Below are positions 14,374 to 29,501 of a stretch of DNA of 64,000 bases, piece after piece; position 1 is the first letter of the stretch; each line of letters begins with the position of its first letter. This DNA is from Eledone cirrhosa. Taxonomy: Eukaryota. Made by a program: the position numbers and the translations under genes. The stretch lies in NCBI GenBank assembly GCA_964016885.1, contig OZ024740.1, forward strand, positions 21,142,001 to 21,206,000. The letters are read 5' to 3'. The notes beneath the pieces were generated by a model that made no database searches, was not told the DNA's origin, and saw nothing but the letters and a program-made list of their open reading frames with translations.

Positions 14374-14906
14374 ATGTACCATTCCTTCTTTCAATGTCAT
14401 ATTATCAGACAGTATATCTTCGACTACAATAGACAATGTACCATTCCTACTTTCAATGTGATATTAACAGACAGTATATCTTGGACTACATTAGACAATG
14501 TACCATTCCTTCTTTCAATGTGATATTATCAGACAGTATATCATGGACTACATTATACAATGTACCATTCCTTCTTTCAATGTTATATTATCAGACTGTA
14601 TATCTTGGACTACATTAGACAATATACCATTCCTTCTTTCAATGTGATATTATCAGACGGTATATCTTGGACTGCATTAGACAATGTACCATTCCTTCGT
14701 TCAAGGTGATATTATCAGACAGTATATCTTGGACTACACTAGACAATGTACCATTCCTTCTTTCAAGGTGATATTATCAGACAGTATATCTTGGACTACA
14801 TTAGACAATGTACCATTCCTTATTTCAATGTGATATTATCAGACAGTGTATCTTGCACTACATTAGACAATGTACCATTCCTTCTGTCAATGTGATATTA
14901 TCAGAC

Positions 14907-14993
14907 TGCCTAATGTAGTCCAAGATATACTGTCTGATAATATCACATTGAAAGAAGGAATGGTACATTGTCTAATGTAGTCCAAGATATACT
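14907..14993 (-). repeat. 87-bp inverted satellite segment, TGCCT allele
   Basis: Same block and breakpoints. Confidence 0.97.
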
Positions 14994-17076
14994 ATGTACC
15001 ATTCCTTCTTTCAATGTCATATTATCAGACAGTATATCTTCGACTACAATAGACAATGTACCATTCCTACTTTCAATGTGATATTAACAGACATTATATC
15101 TTGGACTACATTAGACAATGTACCATTCCTTCTTTCAATGTGATATTATCAGACAGTATATCATGGACTACATTATACAATGTACCATTCCTTCTTTCAA
15201 TGTTATATTATCAGACTGTATATCTTGGACTACATTTGACAATATACCATTCCTTCTTTCAATGTGATATTATCAGACAGTATATCTTGGACAACATTAG
15301 ACAATGTACCATTCTTTCTTTCAAGGTGATATTATCAGACAGTATATCTTGGACTACAATAGACAATGTACCATTCCTACTTTCAATGTGATATTATCAG
15401 ACAGTATATCTTTGACTACATTAGACAATGTACCATCACTTCTTTCAATGTGATATTATCAGACAGTATATCATGGACTACATTATACAATGTACCATTC
15501 CTTCTTTCTATGTTATATTATCAGACTGTATATCTTGGACTACATTAGACAATATACCATTCCTTCTTTCAATGTGATATTATCAGACAGTATATCTTGG
15601 ACTACATTAGACAATGTAGCATTCCTTCTTTCAATGTGATATTATCAGACAGTATATCTTGGACTACATTATACAATGTACCATTCCTTCTTTCAATGTT
15701 ATATTATCAGACTGTATATCTTGGACTACATTAGACAATATACCATTCCTTCTTTCAATGTGATATTATCAGACAGTATATCTTGGACAACATTAGACAA
15801 TGTACCATTCTTTCTTTCAAGGTGATATTATCAGACAGTATATCTTGGACTACAATAGACAATGTACCATTCCTACTTTCAATGTGATATTATCAGACAG
15901 TATATCTTTGACTACATTAGACAATGTACCATCACTTCTTTCAATGTGATATTATCAGACAGTATATCATGGACTACATTATACAATGTACCATTCCTTC
16001 TTTCTATGTTATATTATCAGACTGTATATCTTGGACTACATTAGACAATATACCATTCCTTCTTTCAAGGTGATATTATCAGACAGTATATCTTGGACTT
16101 CATTAGACAATATACCATTCCTTCTTTCAATGTGATATTATCAGACAGTATATCTTGGACTACATTAGACAATGTACCATTCCTTCTTTCAAGGTGATAT
16201 TATCAGACAGTATATCTTGGACTACATTAGACAATGTACCATTCCTTCTTTCAAGGTGATATTATCAGACAGTATATCTTGGACTACATTAGACAATGTA
16301 CCATTCCTTCTTTCAAGGTGATATTATCAGACAGTATATCTTGGACTACATTAGACAATGTACCATTCCTTCTTTCAATGTTATATTATCAGACAGTATA
16401 TCTTCGACTACATTAGACAATATACCATTCCTTCTTTCAATGTGATATTATCAGACAGTATATCTTGGACAACATTAGACAATGTACCATTCTTTCTTTC
16501 AAGGTGATATTATCAGACAGTATATCTTGGACTACAATAGACAATGTACCATTCCTACTTTCAATGTGATATTATCAGACAGTATATCTTTGACTACATT
16601 AGACAATGTACCATCACTTCTTTCAATGTGATATTATCAGACAGTATATCATGGACTACATTATACAATGTACCATTCCTTCTTTCTATGTTATATTATC
16701 AGACTGTATATCTTGGACTACATTAGACAATATACCATTCCTTCTTTCAATGTGATATTATCAGACAGTATATCTTGGACTACATTAGACAATGTAGCAT
16801 TCCTTCTTTCAATGTGATATTATCAGACAGTATATCTTGGACTACATTATACAATGTACCATTCCTTCTTTCAATGTTATATTATCAGACTGTATATCTT
16901 GGACTACATTAGACAATATACCATTCCTTCTTTCAATGTGATATTATCAGACAGTATATCTTGGACTACATTAGACAATGTATCGTTCCTTCTTTCAATG
17001 TGATATTATCAGACAGTATACCTTGGACGACATTAGACAATGTACCATTCCTACTTTCAATGTGATATTATCAGAC

Positions 17077-17163
17077 TGCGTAATGTAGTCCAAGATATAC
17101 TGTCTGATAATATCACATTGAAAGAAGGAATGGTACATTGTCTAATGTAGTCCAAGATATACT
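17077..17163 (-). repeat. 87-bp inverted satellite segment, TGCGT allele
   Basis: Same block and breakpoints. Confidence 0.97.
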
Positions 17164-17696
17164 ATGTACCATTCCTTCTTTCAATGTCATATTATCAGAC
17201 AGTATATCTTCGACTACAATAGACAATGTACCATTCCTACTTTCAATGTGATATTAACAGACAGTATATCTTGGACTACATTAGACAATGTACCATTCCT
17301 TCTTTCAATGTGATATTATCAGACAGTATATCATGGACTACATTATACAATGTACCATTCCTTCTTTCAATGTTATATTATCAGACTGTATATCTTGGAC
17401 TACATTAGACAATATACCATTCCTTCTTTCAATGTGATATTATCAGACGGTATATCTTGGACTGCATTAGACAATGTACCATTCCTTCGTTCAAGGTGAT
17501 ATTATCAGACAGTATATCTTGGACTACACTAGACAATGTACCATTCCTTCTTTCAAGGTGATATTATCAGACAGTATATCTTGGACTACATTAGACAATG
17601 TACCATTCCTTATTTCAATGTGATATTATCAGACAGTGTATCTTGCACTACATTAGACAATGTACCATTCCTTCTGTCAATGTGATATTATCAGAC

Positions 17697-17783
17697 TGCC
17701 TAATGTAGTCCAAGATATACTGTCTGATAATATCACATTGAAAGAAGGAATGGTACATTGTCTAATGTAGTCCAAGATATACT
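17697..17783 (-). repeat. 87-bp inverted satellite segment, TGCCT allele
   Basis: Same block and breakpoints. Confidence 0.97.
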
Positions 17784-20700
17784 ATGTACCATTCCTTCTT
17801 TCAATGTCATATTATCAGACAGTATATCTTCGACTACAATAGACAATGTACCATTCCTACTTTCAATGTGATATTAACAGACATTATATCTTGGACTACA
17901 TTAGACAATGTACCATTCCTTCTTTCAATGTGATATTATCAGACAGTATATCATGGACTACATTATACAATGTACCATTCCTTCTTTCAATGTTATATTA
18001 TCAGACTGTATATCTTGGACTACATTTGACAATATACCATTCCTTCTTTCAATGTGATATTATCAGACAGTATATATTGGACTACATTAGACAATGTACC
18101 ATTCCTTCTTTCAATGTGATATTATCAGACAGTATATCTTGGACTGCATTAGACAATGTACCATTCCTTCGTTCAAGGTGATATTATCAGACAGTATATC
18201 TTGGACTACACTAGACAATGTACCATTCCTTCTTTCAAGGTGATATTATCAGACAGTATATCTTGGACTAAATTAGACAATGTACCATTCCTTCTTTCAA
18301 TGTCATATTATCAGACAGTATATCTTGGACTACATTAGACAATGTACCATTCCTTCTTTCAAGGTGATATTATCAGACAGTATATCTTGGACTACATTAG
18401 ACAATGTACCATTCCTTCTTTCAAGGTGATATTATCAGACAGTATATCTTGGACTACATTAGACAATGTACCATTCCTTCTTTCAAGGTGATATTATCAG
18501 ACAGTATATCTTGGACTACATTAGACAATGTACCATTCCTTCTTTCAATGTTATATTATCAGACAGTATATCTTCGACTACATTAGACAATATACCATTC
18601 CTTCTTTCAATGTGATATTATCAGACAGTATATCTTGGACAACATTAGACAATGTACCATTCTTTCTTTCAAGGTGATATTATCAGACAGTATATCTTGG
18701 ACTACAATAGACAATGTACCATTCCTACTTTCAATGTGATATTATCAGACAGTATATCTTTGACTACATTAGACAATGTACCATCACTTCTTTCAATGTG
18801 ATATTATCAGACAGTATATCATGGACTACATTATACAATGTACCATTCCTTCTTTCTATGTTATATTATCAGACTGTATATCTTGGACTACATTAGACAA
18901 TATACCATTCCTTCTTTCAAGGTGATATTATCAGACAGTATATCTTGGACTTCATTAGACAATATACCATTCCTTCTTTCAATGTGATATTATCAGACAG
19001 TATATCTTGGACTACATTAGACAATGTACCATTCCTTCTTTCAAGGTGATATTATCAGACAGTATATCTTGGACTACATTAGACAATGTACCATTCCTTC
19101 TTTCAAGGTGATATTATCAGACAGTATATCTTGGACTACATTAGACAATGTACCATTCCTTCTTTCAAGGTGATATTATCAGACAGTATATCTTGGACTA
19201 CATTAGACAATGTACCATTCCTTCTTTCAATGTTATATTATCAGACAGTATATCTTCGACTACATTAGACAATATACCATTCCTTCTTTCAATGTGATAT
19301 TATCAGACAGTATATCTTGGACAACATTAGACAATGTACCATTCTTTCTTTCAAGGTGATATTATCAGACAGTATATCTTGGACTACAATAGACAATGTA
19401 CCATTCCTACTTTCAATGTGATATTATCAGACAGTATATCTTTGACTACATTAGACAATGTACCATCACTTCTTTCAATGTGATATTATCAGACAGTATA
19501 TCATGGACTACATTATACAATGTACCATTCCTTCTTTCTATGTTATATTATCAGACTGTATATCTTGGACTACATTAGACAATATACCATTCCTTCTTTC
19601 AATGTGATATTATCAGACAGTATATCTTGGACTACATTAGACAATGTAGCATTCCTTCTTTCAATGTGATATTATCAGACAGTATATCTTGGACTACATT
19701 ATACAATGTACCATTCCTTCTTTCAATGTTATATTATCAGACTGTATATCTTGGACTACATTAGACAATATACCATTCCTTCTTTCAATGTGATATTATC
19801 AGACAGTATATCTTGGACAACATTAGACAATGTACCATTCTTTCTTTCAAGGTGATATTATCAGACAGTATATCTTGGACTACAATAGACAATGTACCAT
19901 TCCTACTTTCAATGTGATATTATCAGACAGTATATCTTTGACTACATTAGACAATGTACCATCACTTCTTTCAATGTGATATTATCAGACAGTATATCAT
20001 GGACTACATTATACAATGTACCATTCCTTCTTTCTATGTTATATTATCAGACTGTATATCTTGGACTACATTAGACAATATACCATTCCTTCTTTCAAGG
20101 TGATATTATCAGACAGTATATCTTGGACTTCATTAGACAATATACCATTCCTTCTTTCAATGTGATATTATCAGACAGTATATCTTGGACTACATTAGAC
20201 AATGTACCATTCCTTCTTTCAAGGTGATATTATCAGACAGTATATCTTGGACTACATTAGACAATGTACCATTCCTTCTTTCAAGGTGATATTATCAGAC
20301 AGTATATCTTGGACTACATTAGACAATGTACCATTCCTTCTTTCAAGGTGATATTATCAGACAGTATATCTTGGACTACATTAGACAATGTACCATTCCT
20401 TCTTTCAATGTTATATTATCAGACAGTATATCTTCGACTACATTAGACAATATACCATTCCTTCTTTCAATGTGATATTATCAGACAGTATATCTTGGAC
20501 AACATTAGACAATGTACCATTCTTTCTTTCAAGGTGATATTATCAGACAGTATATCTTGGACTACAATAGACAATGTACCATTCCTACTTTCAATGTGAT
20601 ATTATCAGACAGTATATCTTTGACTACATTAGACAATGTACCATCACTTCTTTCAATGTGATATTATCAGACAGTATATCATGGACTACATTATACAATG

Positions 20701-21106
20701 TACCATTCCTTCTTTCTATGTTATATTATCAGACTGTATATCTTGGACTACATTAGACAATATACCATTCCTTCTTTCAATGTGATATTATCAGACAGTA
20801 TATCTTGGACTACATTAGACAATGTAGCATTCCTTCTTTCAATGTGATATTATCAGACAGTATATCTTGGACTACATTATACAATGTACCATTCCTTCTT
20901 TCAATGTTATATTATCAGACTGTATATCTTGGACTACATTAGACAATATACCATTCCTTCTTTCAATGTGATATTATCAGACAGTATATCTTGGACTACA
21001 TTAGACAATGTATCGTTCCTTCTTTCAATGTGATATTATCAGACAGTATACCTTGGACGACATTAGACAATGTACCATTCCTACTTTCAATGTGATATTA
21101 TCAGAC

Positions 21107-21193
21107 TGCGTAATGTAGTCCAAGATATACTGTCTGATAATATCACATTGAAAGAAGGAATGGTACATTGTCTAATGTAGTCCAAGATATACT
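21107..21193 (-). repeat. 87-bp inverted satellite segment, TGCGT allele (last TGCGT copy)
   Basis: Same block and breakpoints. Confidence 0.97.
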
Positions 21194-22966
21194 ATGTACC
21201 ATTCCTTCTTTCAATGTCATATTATCAGACAGTATATCTTCGACTACAATAGACAATGTACCATTCCTACTTTCAATGTGATATTAACAGACAGTATATC
21301 TTGGACTACATTAGACAATGTACCATTCCTTCTTTCAATGTGATATTATCAGACAGTATATCATGGACTACATTATACAATGTACCATTCCTTCTTTCAA
21401 TGTTATATTATCAGACTGTATATCTTGGACTACATTAGACAATATACCATTCCTTCTTTCAATGTGATATTATCAGACAGTATATCTTGGACTACATTAG
21501 ACAATGTACCATTCCTTCTTTCAATGTGATATTATCAGACAGTATACCTTGGACTGCATTAGACAATGTACCATTCCTTCGTTCAAGGTGATATTATCAG
21601 ACAGTATATCTTGGACTACACTAGACAATGTACCATTCCTTCTTTCAAGGTGATATTATCAGACAGTATATCTTGGACTAAATTAGACAATGTACCAGTC
21701 CTTCTTTCAATGTCATATTATCAGACAGTATATCTTGGACTTCATTAGACAATATACCATTCCTTCTTTCAATGTGATATTATCAGACAGTATATCTTGG
21801 ACTACATTAGACAATGTACCATTCCTTCTTTCAAGGTGATATTATCAGACAGTATATCTTGGACTACATTAGACAATGTACCATTCCTTCTATCAATGTT
21901 ATATTATCAGACAGTATATCTTGGACTACAATAGACAATGTACCATTCCTACTTTCAATGTGATATTATCAGACAGTATATCTTTGACTACATTAGACAA
22001 TGTACCATTCCTTCTTTCAATGTGATATTATCAGACAGTATATCATGGACTACATTATACAATGTACCATTCCTTCTTTCAATGTTATATTATCAGACTG
22101 TATATCTTGGACTACATTAGACAATATACCATTCCTTCTTTCAATGTGATATTATCAGACAGTATATCTTGGACTACATTAGACAATGTACCATTCCTTC
22201 TTTCAAGGTGATATTATCAGACAGTATATCTTGGACTACATTAGACAATGTACCATTCCTTCTTTCAAGGTGATATTATCAGACAGTATATCTTGGACTA
22301 CATTAGACAATGTACTATTCCTTCTTTCAAGGTGATATTATCAGACAGTATATCTTGGACTACATTAGACAATGTACCATTCCTTCTTTCAATGTTATAT
22401 TATCAGACAGTATATCTTCGACTACATTAGACAATATACCATTCCTTCTTTCAATGTGATATTATCAGACAGTATATCTTGGACAACATTCGACAATGTA
22501 CCATTCTTTCTTTCAAGGTGATATTATCAGACAGTATATCTTGGACTACAATACACAATGTACCATTCCTACTTTCAATGTGATATTAACAGACAGTATA
22601 TCTTGGACAACATTAGACAATGTACCATTCCTTCTTTCAATGTGATATTATCAGACAGTATATCATGGACTACATTATACAATGTACCATTCCTTCTTTC
22701 AATGTGATATTATCAGACAGTATATCTTGGACTACATTAGACAATGTACCATTCCTTCTTTCAATGGGATATTATCAGACAGTATATCTTGGACTACATT
22801 AGACAATGTACCATTTCTTCTTTCAAGTTGATATTATCAGACAGTATAACTTGGACTACATTAGACAATGTACCATTCCTTCTTTCAATGTGATATTATC
22901 AGACAGTGTATCTTGCACTACATTAGACAATGTACCATTCCTTCTGTCAATGTGATATTATCAGAC

Positions 22967-23053
22967 TGCCTAATGTAGTCCAAGATATACTGTCTGATAA
23001 TATCACATTGAAAGAAGGAATGGTACATTGTCTAATGTAGTCCAAGATATACT
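22967..23053 (-). repeat. 87-bp inverted satellite segment, TGCCT allele
   Basis: Same block and breakpoints. Confidence 0.97.
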
Positions 23054-24392
23054 ATGTACCATTCCTTCTTTCAATGTCATATTATCAGTCAGTATAACTT
23101 CGACTACAATAGACAATGTACCATTCCTTCTTTCAAGGTGATATTATCAGACAGTATATCTTGGACTACATTAGACAATGTACCATTCCTTCTTTCAAGG
23201 TGATATTATCAGACAGTATATCTTGGACTACATTAGACAATGTACCATTCCTTCTTTCAAGGTGATATTATCAGACAGTATATCTTGGACTACATTAGAC
23301 AATGTACCATTCCTTCTTTCAATGTTATATTATCAGACAGTATATCTTCGACTACATTAGACAATATACCATTCCTTCTTTCAATGTGATATTATCAGAC
23401 AGTATATCTTGGACAACATTAGACAATGTACCATTCTTTCTTTCAAGGTGATATTATCAGACAGTATATCTTGGACTACAATAGACAATGTACCATTCCT
23501 ACTTTCAATGTGATATTATCAGACAGTATATCTTTGACTACATTAGACAATGTACCATTCCTTCTTTCAATGTGATATTATCAGACAGTATATCATGGAC
23601 GACATTATACAATGTACCATTCCTTCTTTCAATGTTATATTATCAGACTGTATATCTTGGACTACATTAGACAATATACCATTCCTTCTTTCAATGTGAT
23701 ATTATCAGACAGTATATCTTGGACTACATTAGACAATGTACCATTCCTTCTTTCAAGGTGATATTATCAGACAGTATATCTTGGACTACATTAGACAATG
23801 TACCATTCCTTCTTTCAAGGTGATATTATCAGACAGTATATCTTGGACTACATTAGACAATGTACTATTCCTTCTTTCAAGGTGATATTATCAGACAGTA
23901 TATCTTGGACTACATTAGACAATGTACCATTCCTTCTTTCAATGTTATATTATCAGACAGTATATCTTGGACTACATTAGACAATGTACCATTCCTTCTT
24001 TCAAGGTGATATTATCAGACAGTATATCTTGGACAACATTCGACAATGTACCATTCTTTCTTTCAAGGTGATATTATCAGACAGTATATCGTGGACTACA
24101 ATAGACAATGTACCATTCCTACTTTCAATGTGATATTAACAGACAGTATATCTTGGACAACATTAGACAATGTACCATTCCTTCTTTCAATGTGATATTA
24201 TCAGACAGTATATCATGGACTACATTATACAATGTACCATTTCTTCTTTCAAGTTGATATTATCAGACAGTATATCTTGGACTACATTAGACAATGTACC
24301 ATTCCTCCTTTCAATGTGATATTATCAGACAGTGTATCTTGCACTACATTAGACAATGTACCATTCCTTCTGTCAATGTGATATTATCAGAC

Positions 24393-24479
24393 TGCCTAAT
24401 GTAGTCCAAGATATACTGTCTGATAATATCACATTGAAAGAAGGAATGGTACATTGTCTAATGTAGTCCAAGATATACT
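24393..24479 (-). repeat. 87-bp inverted satellite segment, TGCCT allele
   Basis: Same block and breakpoints. Confidence 0.97.
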
Positions 24480-25446
24480 ATGTACCATTCCTTCTTTCAA
24501 TGTCATATTATCAGTCAGTATAACTTCGACTACAATAGACAATGTACCATTCCTTCTTTCAAGGTGATATTATCAGACAGTATATCTTGGACTACATTAG
24601 ACAATGTACCATTCCTTCTTTCAAGGTGATATTATCAGACAGTATATCTTGGACTACATTAGACAATGTACCATTCCTTCTTTCAAGGTGATATTATCAG
24701 ACAGTATATCTTGGACTACATTAGACAATGTACCATTGCTTCTTTCAATGTTATATTATCAGACAGTATATCTTCGACTACATTAGACAATATACCATTC
24801 CTTCTTTCAATGTGATATTATCAGACAGTATATCTTGGACAACATTCGACAATGTACCATTCTTTCTTTCAAGGTGATATTATCAGACAGTATATCTTGG
24901 ACTACAATAGACAATGTACCATTCCTACTTTCAATGTGATATTAACAGACAGTATATCTTGGACTACATTAGACAATGTACCATTCCTTCTTTCAATGTG
25001 ATATTATCAGACAGTATATCATGGACTACATTATACAATGTACCATTCCTTCTTTCAATGTTATATTATCAGACTGTATATCTTGGACAACATTAGACAA
25101 TATACCATTCCTTCTTTCAATGTGATATTATCAGACAGTATATCTTGGACTACATTAGACAATGTACCATTCCTTCTTTCAATGTGATATTATCAGACAG
25201 TATATCTTGGACTACATTAGACAATGTACCATTCCTTCTTTCAATGGGATATTATCAGACAGTATATCTTGGACTACATTAGACAATGTACCATTTCTTC
25301 TTTCAAGTTGATATTATCAGACAGTATATCTTGGACTACATTAGACAATGTACCATTCCTTCTTTCAATGTGATATTATCAGACAGTGTATCTTGCACTA
25401 CATTAGACAATGTACCATTCCTTCTGTCAATGTGATATTATCAGAC

Positions 25447-25533
25447 TGCCTAATGTAGTCCAAGATATACTGTCTGATAATATCACATTGAAAGAAGGAA
25501 TGGTACATTGTCTAATGTAGTCCAAGATATACT
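25447..25533 (-). repeat. 87-bp inverted satellite segment, TGCCT allele
   Basis: Same block and breakpoints. Confidence 0.97.
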
Positions 25534-28500
25534 ATGTACCATTCCTTCTTTCAATGTCATATTATCAGACAGTATATCTTGGACTACAATAGACAATGTA
25601 CCATTCCTACTTTCAATGTGATATTATCAGACAGTATATCTTGGACTACATTAGACAATGTACCATTCCTTCTTTCCATGTGATATTATCAGACAGTATA
25701 TCATGGACTACATTATACAATGTACCATTCCTTCTTTCAATGTTATAATATCAGACTGTATATCTTGGACTACAGTAGACAATATACCATTCCTTCTTTC
25801 AAGGTGATATTATCAGACAGTATATCTTGGACTACAATAGACAATGTACCATTCCTACTTTCAATGTGATATTATCAGACAGTATATCTTGGACTACATT
25901 AGACAATGTACCATTTCTTCTTTCAATGTGATATTATCAGACAGTATATCTTGGACTACATTAGACAATGTACCGTTCCTTCTTTCAATGTGATATTATC
26001 AGACAGTATATCTTGGACAACATTAGACAATGTACCATTCTTTCTTTCAAGGTGATATTATCAGACAGTATATCCTGGACTACAATAGACAATGTACCAT
26101 TCCTACTTTCAATGTGATATTATCAGACAGTATATCTTGGACTACATTAGACAATGTACCATTTCTTCTTTCAATGTGATATTATCAGACAGTATATCTT
26201 GGACTACATTAAACAATGTACCATTCCTTCTTTCAATGGGATATTATCAGACAGTATATCTTGGACTACATTAGACAATGTACCATTCCTTCTTTCAAGG
26301 TGATATTATCAGACAGTATATCTTGGACTACATTAGACAATGTACCATTCCTTCTTTCAACGTCATATTATCAGACATTATATCTTCGACTACGTTAGAC
26401 AATGTACCATTCCTTCTTTCAATGTGATATTATCAAACAGTATATCTTGGACTACATTAGACAATGTATCGTTCCTTCTTTCAATGTGATATTATCAGAC
26501 AGTATATCTTGGACTACATTAGACAATGTACCATTCCTTCTTTCAATGTGATATTATCAGACAGTATATCTTGGACTGCATTATACAATGTACCATTCCT
26601 TCTTTCAATGTTATATTATCAGACGGTATATCTTGGACTACATTAGACAATATACCATTCCTTCTTTCAATGTGATATTATCAGACAGTATATCTTGGAC
26701 TACATTAGACAATGTACCATTCCTTCTTTCAATGTGATATTATCAGACAGTATATCTTGGACTACATTATGCAATGTACCATTCCTTCTTTCAATCTAAT
26801 ATTATCAGACTGTATATCTTGGACTACATTAGACAATATACCATTCCTTCTTTCAATGTGATATTATCAGACAGTATATCTTGGACTACATTAGACAATG
26901 TATCGTTCCTTCTTTCAATGTGATATTATCAGACAGTATATCTTGGACTACATTAAACAATGTACCATTCTTTCTTTCAAGGTGATATTATCAGACAGTA
27001 TATCTTGGACTACATTAGACAATGTACCATTCCTTCTTTCAATGTGATATTATCAGACAGTATACCTTGGACTACATTAGACAATGTACCATTCCTTCTT
27101 TGAAGGTGATATTATCAGACAGTATATCTTGGACTACATTAGACAATGTACCGTTCCTTCTTTCAATGTGATATTATCAGACAGTATATCTTGGACTACA
27201 TTAGACAATGTACCATTCCTTCTTTCAATGTGATATTATCAGACAGTATATCTTGGACTACATTTGACAATGTATCGTTCCTTCTTTCAATGTGATATTA
27301 TCAGACAGTATATCTTGGACTACATTAGACAATGTACCATTCCTTCTTTCAATGTTATATTATCAGACAGTATATCTTGGACTACATTAGACAATGTACC
27401 ATTCCTTCTTTCAATGTGATATTATCAGACAGTATATCTTGGACTACATTAGACAATGTACCATTCCTTCTTTCAATGGGATATTATCAGACAGTATATC
27501 TTGGACTACATTAGACAATATACCATTCCTTCTTTCAATGTGATATTATCAGACAGTATATCTTGGACTACATTAGACAATGTACCATTCCTTCTTTCAA
27601 TGTTATATTATCAGACAGTATATCTTGGACGACATTAGACAATGTACCTTTCCTTCTTTCAATGTGATATTATCAGACAGTATATCTTGGACTTCATTAG
27701 ACAATGTACCATTCCTTCTTTCAATGGGATATTATAAGACATTATATCTTGGACTACATTAGACAATAGTCCATTCCTTCTTTCAATATGATATTATCAG
27801 ACAGTATATCTTGGACTACATTAGACAATGTACCATTCCTTCTTTCAATGTGATATTATCAGACAGTATAACTTTGACTACATTAGACAAAGTACCATTC
27901 CTTCTTTCAATGTTATATTATCAGACAGTATACCTTGGACTACATTAGACAATGTACCATTCCTTCTTTCAATGTGATATTATCAGACAGTATAACTTTG
28001 ACTACATTAGACAAAGTACCATTACTTCTTTCAATGTGATATTATCAGACAGTATATCTTGGACTACATTAGACAATGTACCATTCCTTCTTTCAATGTG
28101 ATATTATCAGACAGTATATCTTGGACTACAATAGACAATGTACCATTCCTACTTTCAATGTGATATTATCAGACAGTATATCTTGGACTACATTAGACAA
28201 TGTACTATTCCTTCTTTCAAGGTGATATTATCAGACAGTATATCTTGGACTACATTAGACAATGTACCATTCCTTCTTTCAATGTTATATTATCAGACAG
28301 TATATCTTCGACTACATTAGACAATATACCATTCCTTCCTTCAATGTGATATTATCAGACAGTATATCATGGACTACATTATACAATGTACCATTCCTTC
28401 TTTCAATGTTATATTATCAGACTGTATATCTTGGACTACATTAGACAATATACCATTCCTTCTTTCAATGTGATATTATCAGACAGTATATCTTGGACTA

Positions 28501-29414
28501 CATTAGACAATGTACCATTCCTTCTTTCAAGGTGATATTATCAGACAGTATATCTTGGACTACATATGACAATGTACCATTCCTTCTTTCAAGGTGATAT
28601 TATCAGACAGTATATCTTGGACTACATTAGACAATGTACTATACCTTCTTTCAAGGTGATATTATCAGACAGTATATCTTGGACTACATTAGACAATGTA
28701 CCATTCCTTCTTTCAATGTGATATTATCAGACAGTATATCTTCGACTACATTAGACAATATACCATTCCTTCTTTCAATGTGATATTATCAGACAGTATA
28801 TCTTGGACAACATTCGACAATGTACCATTCTTTCTTTCAAGGTGATATTATCAGACAGTATATCTTGGACTACAATAGACAATGTACCATTCCTACTTTC
28901 AATGTGATATTAACAGACAGTATATCTTGGACAACATTAGACAATGTACCATTCCTTCTTTCAATGTGATATTATCAGACAGTATATCATGGACTACATT
29001 ATACAATGCACCATTCCTTCTTTCAATGTTATATTATCAGACTGTATATCTTGGACTACATTAGACAATATACCATTCCTTCTTTCAATGTGATATTATC
29101 AGACAGTATATCTTGGACTACATTAGACAATGTACCATTCCTTCTTTCAATGTGATATTATCAGACAGTATAACTTTGACTACATTAGACAATGTACCAT
29201 TCCTTCTTTCAATGGGATATTATCAGACAGTATATCTTGGACTACATTAGACAATGTGCCATTTCTTCTTTCAAGTTGATATTATCAGACAGTATATCTT
29301 GGACTACATTAGACAATGTACCATTCCTTCTTTCAATGTGATATTATCAGACAGTGTATCTTGCACTACATTAGACAATGTACCATTCCTTCTGTCAATG
29401 TGATATTATCAGAC

Positions 29415-29501
29415 TGCCTAATGTAGTCCAAGATATACTGTCTGATAATATCACATTGAAAGAAGGAATGGTACATTGTCTAATGTAGTCCAAGATATAC
29501 T
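29415..29501 (-). repeat. 87-bp inverted satellite segment, TGCCT allele
   Basis: Same block, followed by the ATGAACC variant. Confidence 0.97.

Larger units (their letters stand above)
10592..21441 (+). repeat. Higher-order repeat: 65-monomer (4030 bp) unit x3, middle copy lacking 20 monomers
   Basis: The GACGG/ACTGC monomer occurs at 10592, 14622 and 17412. The private CATTTGAC variant gives the 111-aa ORFs at 11026, 15056 and 17846. Inversion pairs are offset by 4030 and 2790. Confidence 0.85.

Noticed and set aside
11026-18181. 111-aa ORFs at 11026, 15056 and 17846 (and the 70-aa ORF at 3089)
   Set aside because: They result from one TAG>TTG substitution copied by the HOR and from the 1-bp insertion at 3199. 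They are useful only as markers.
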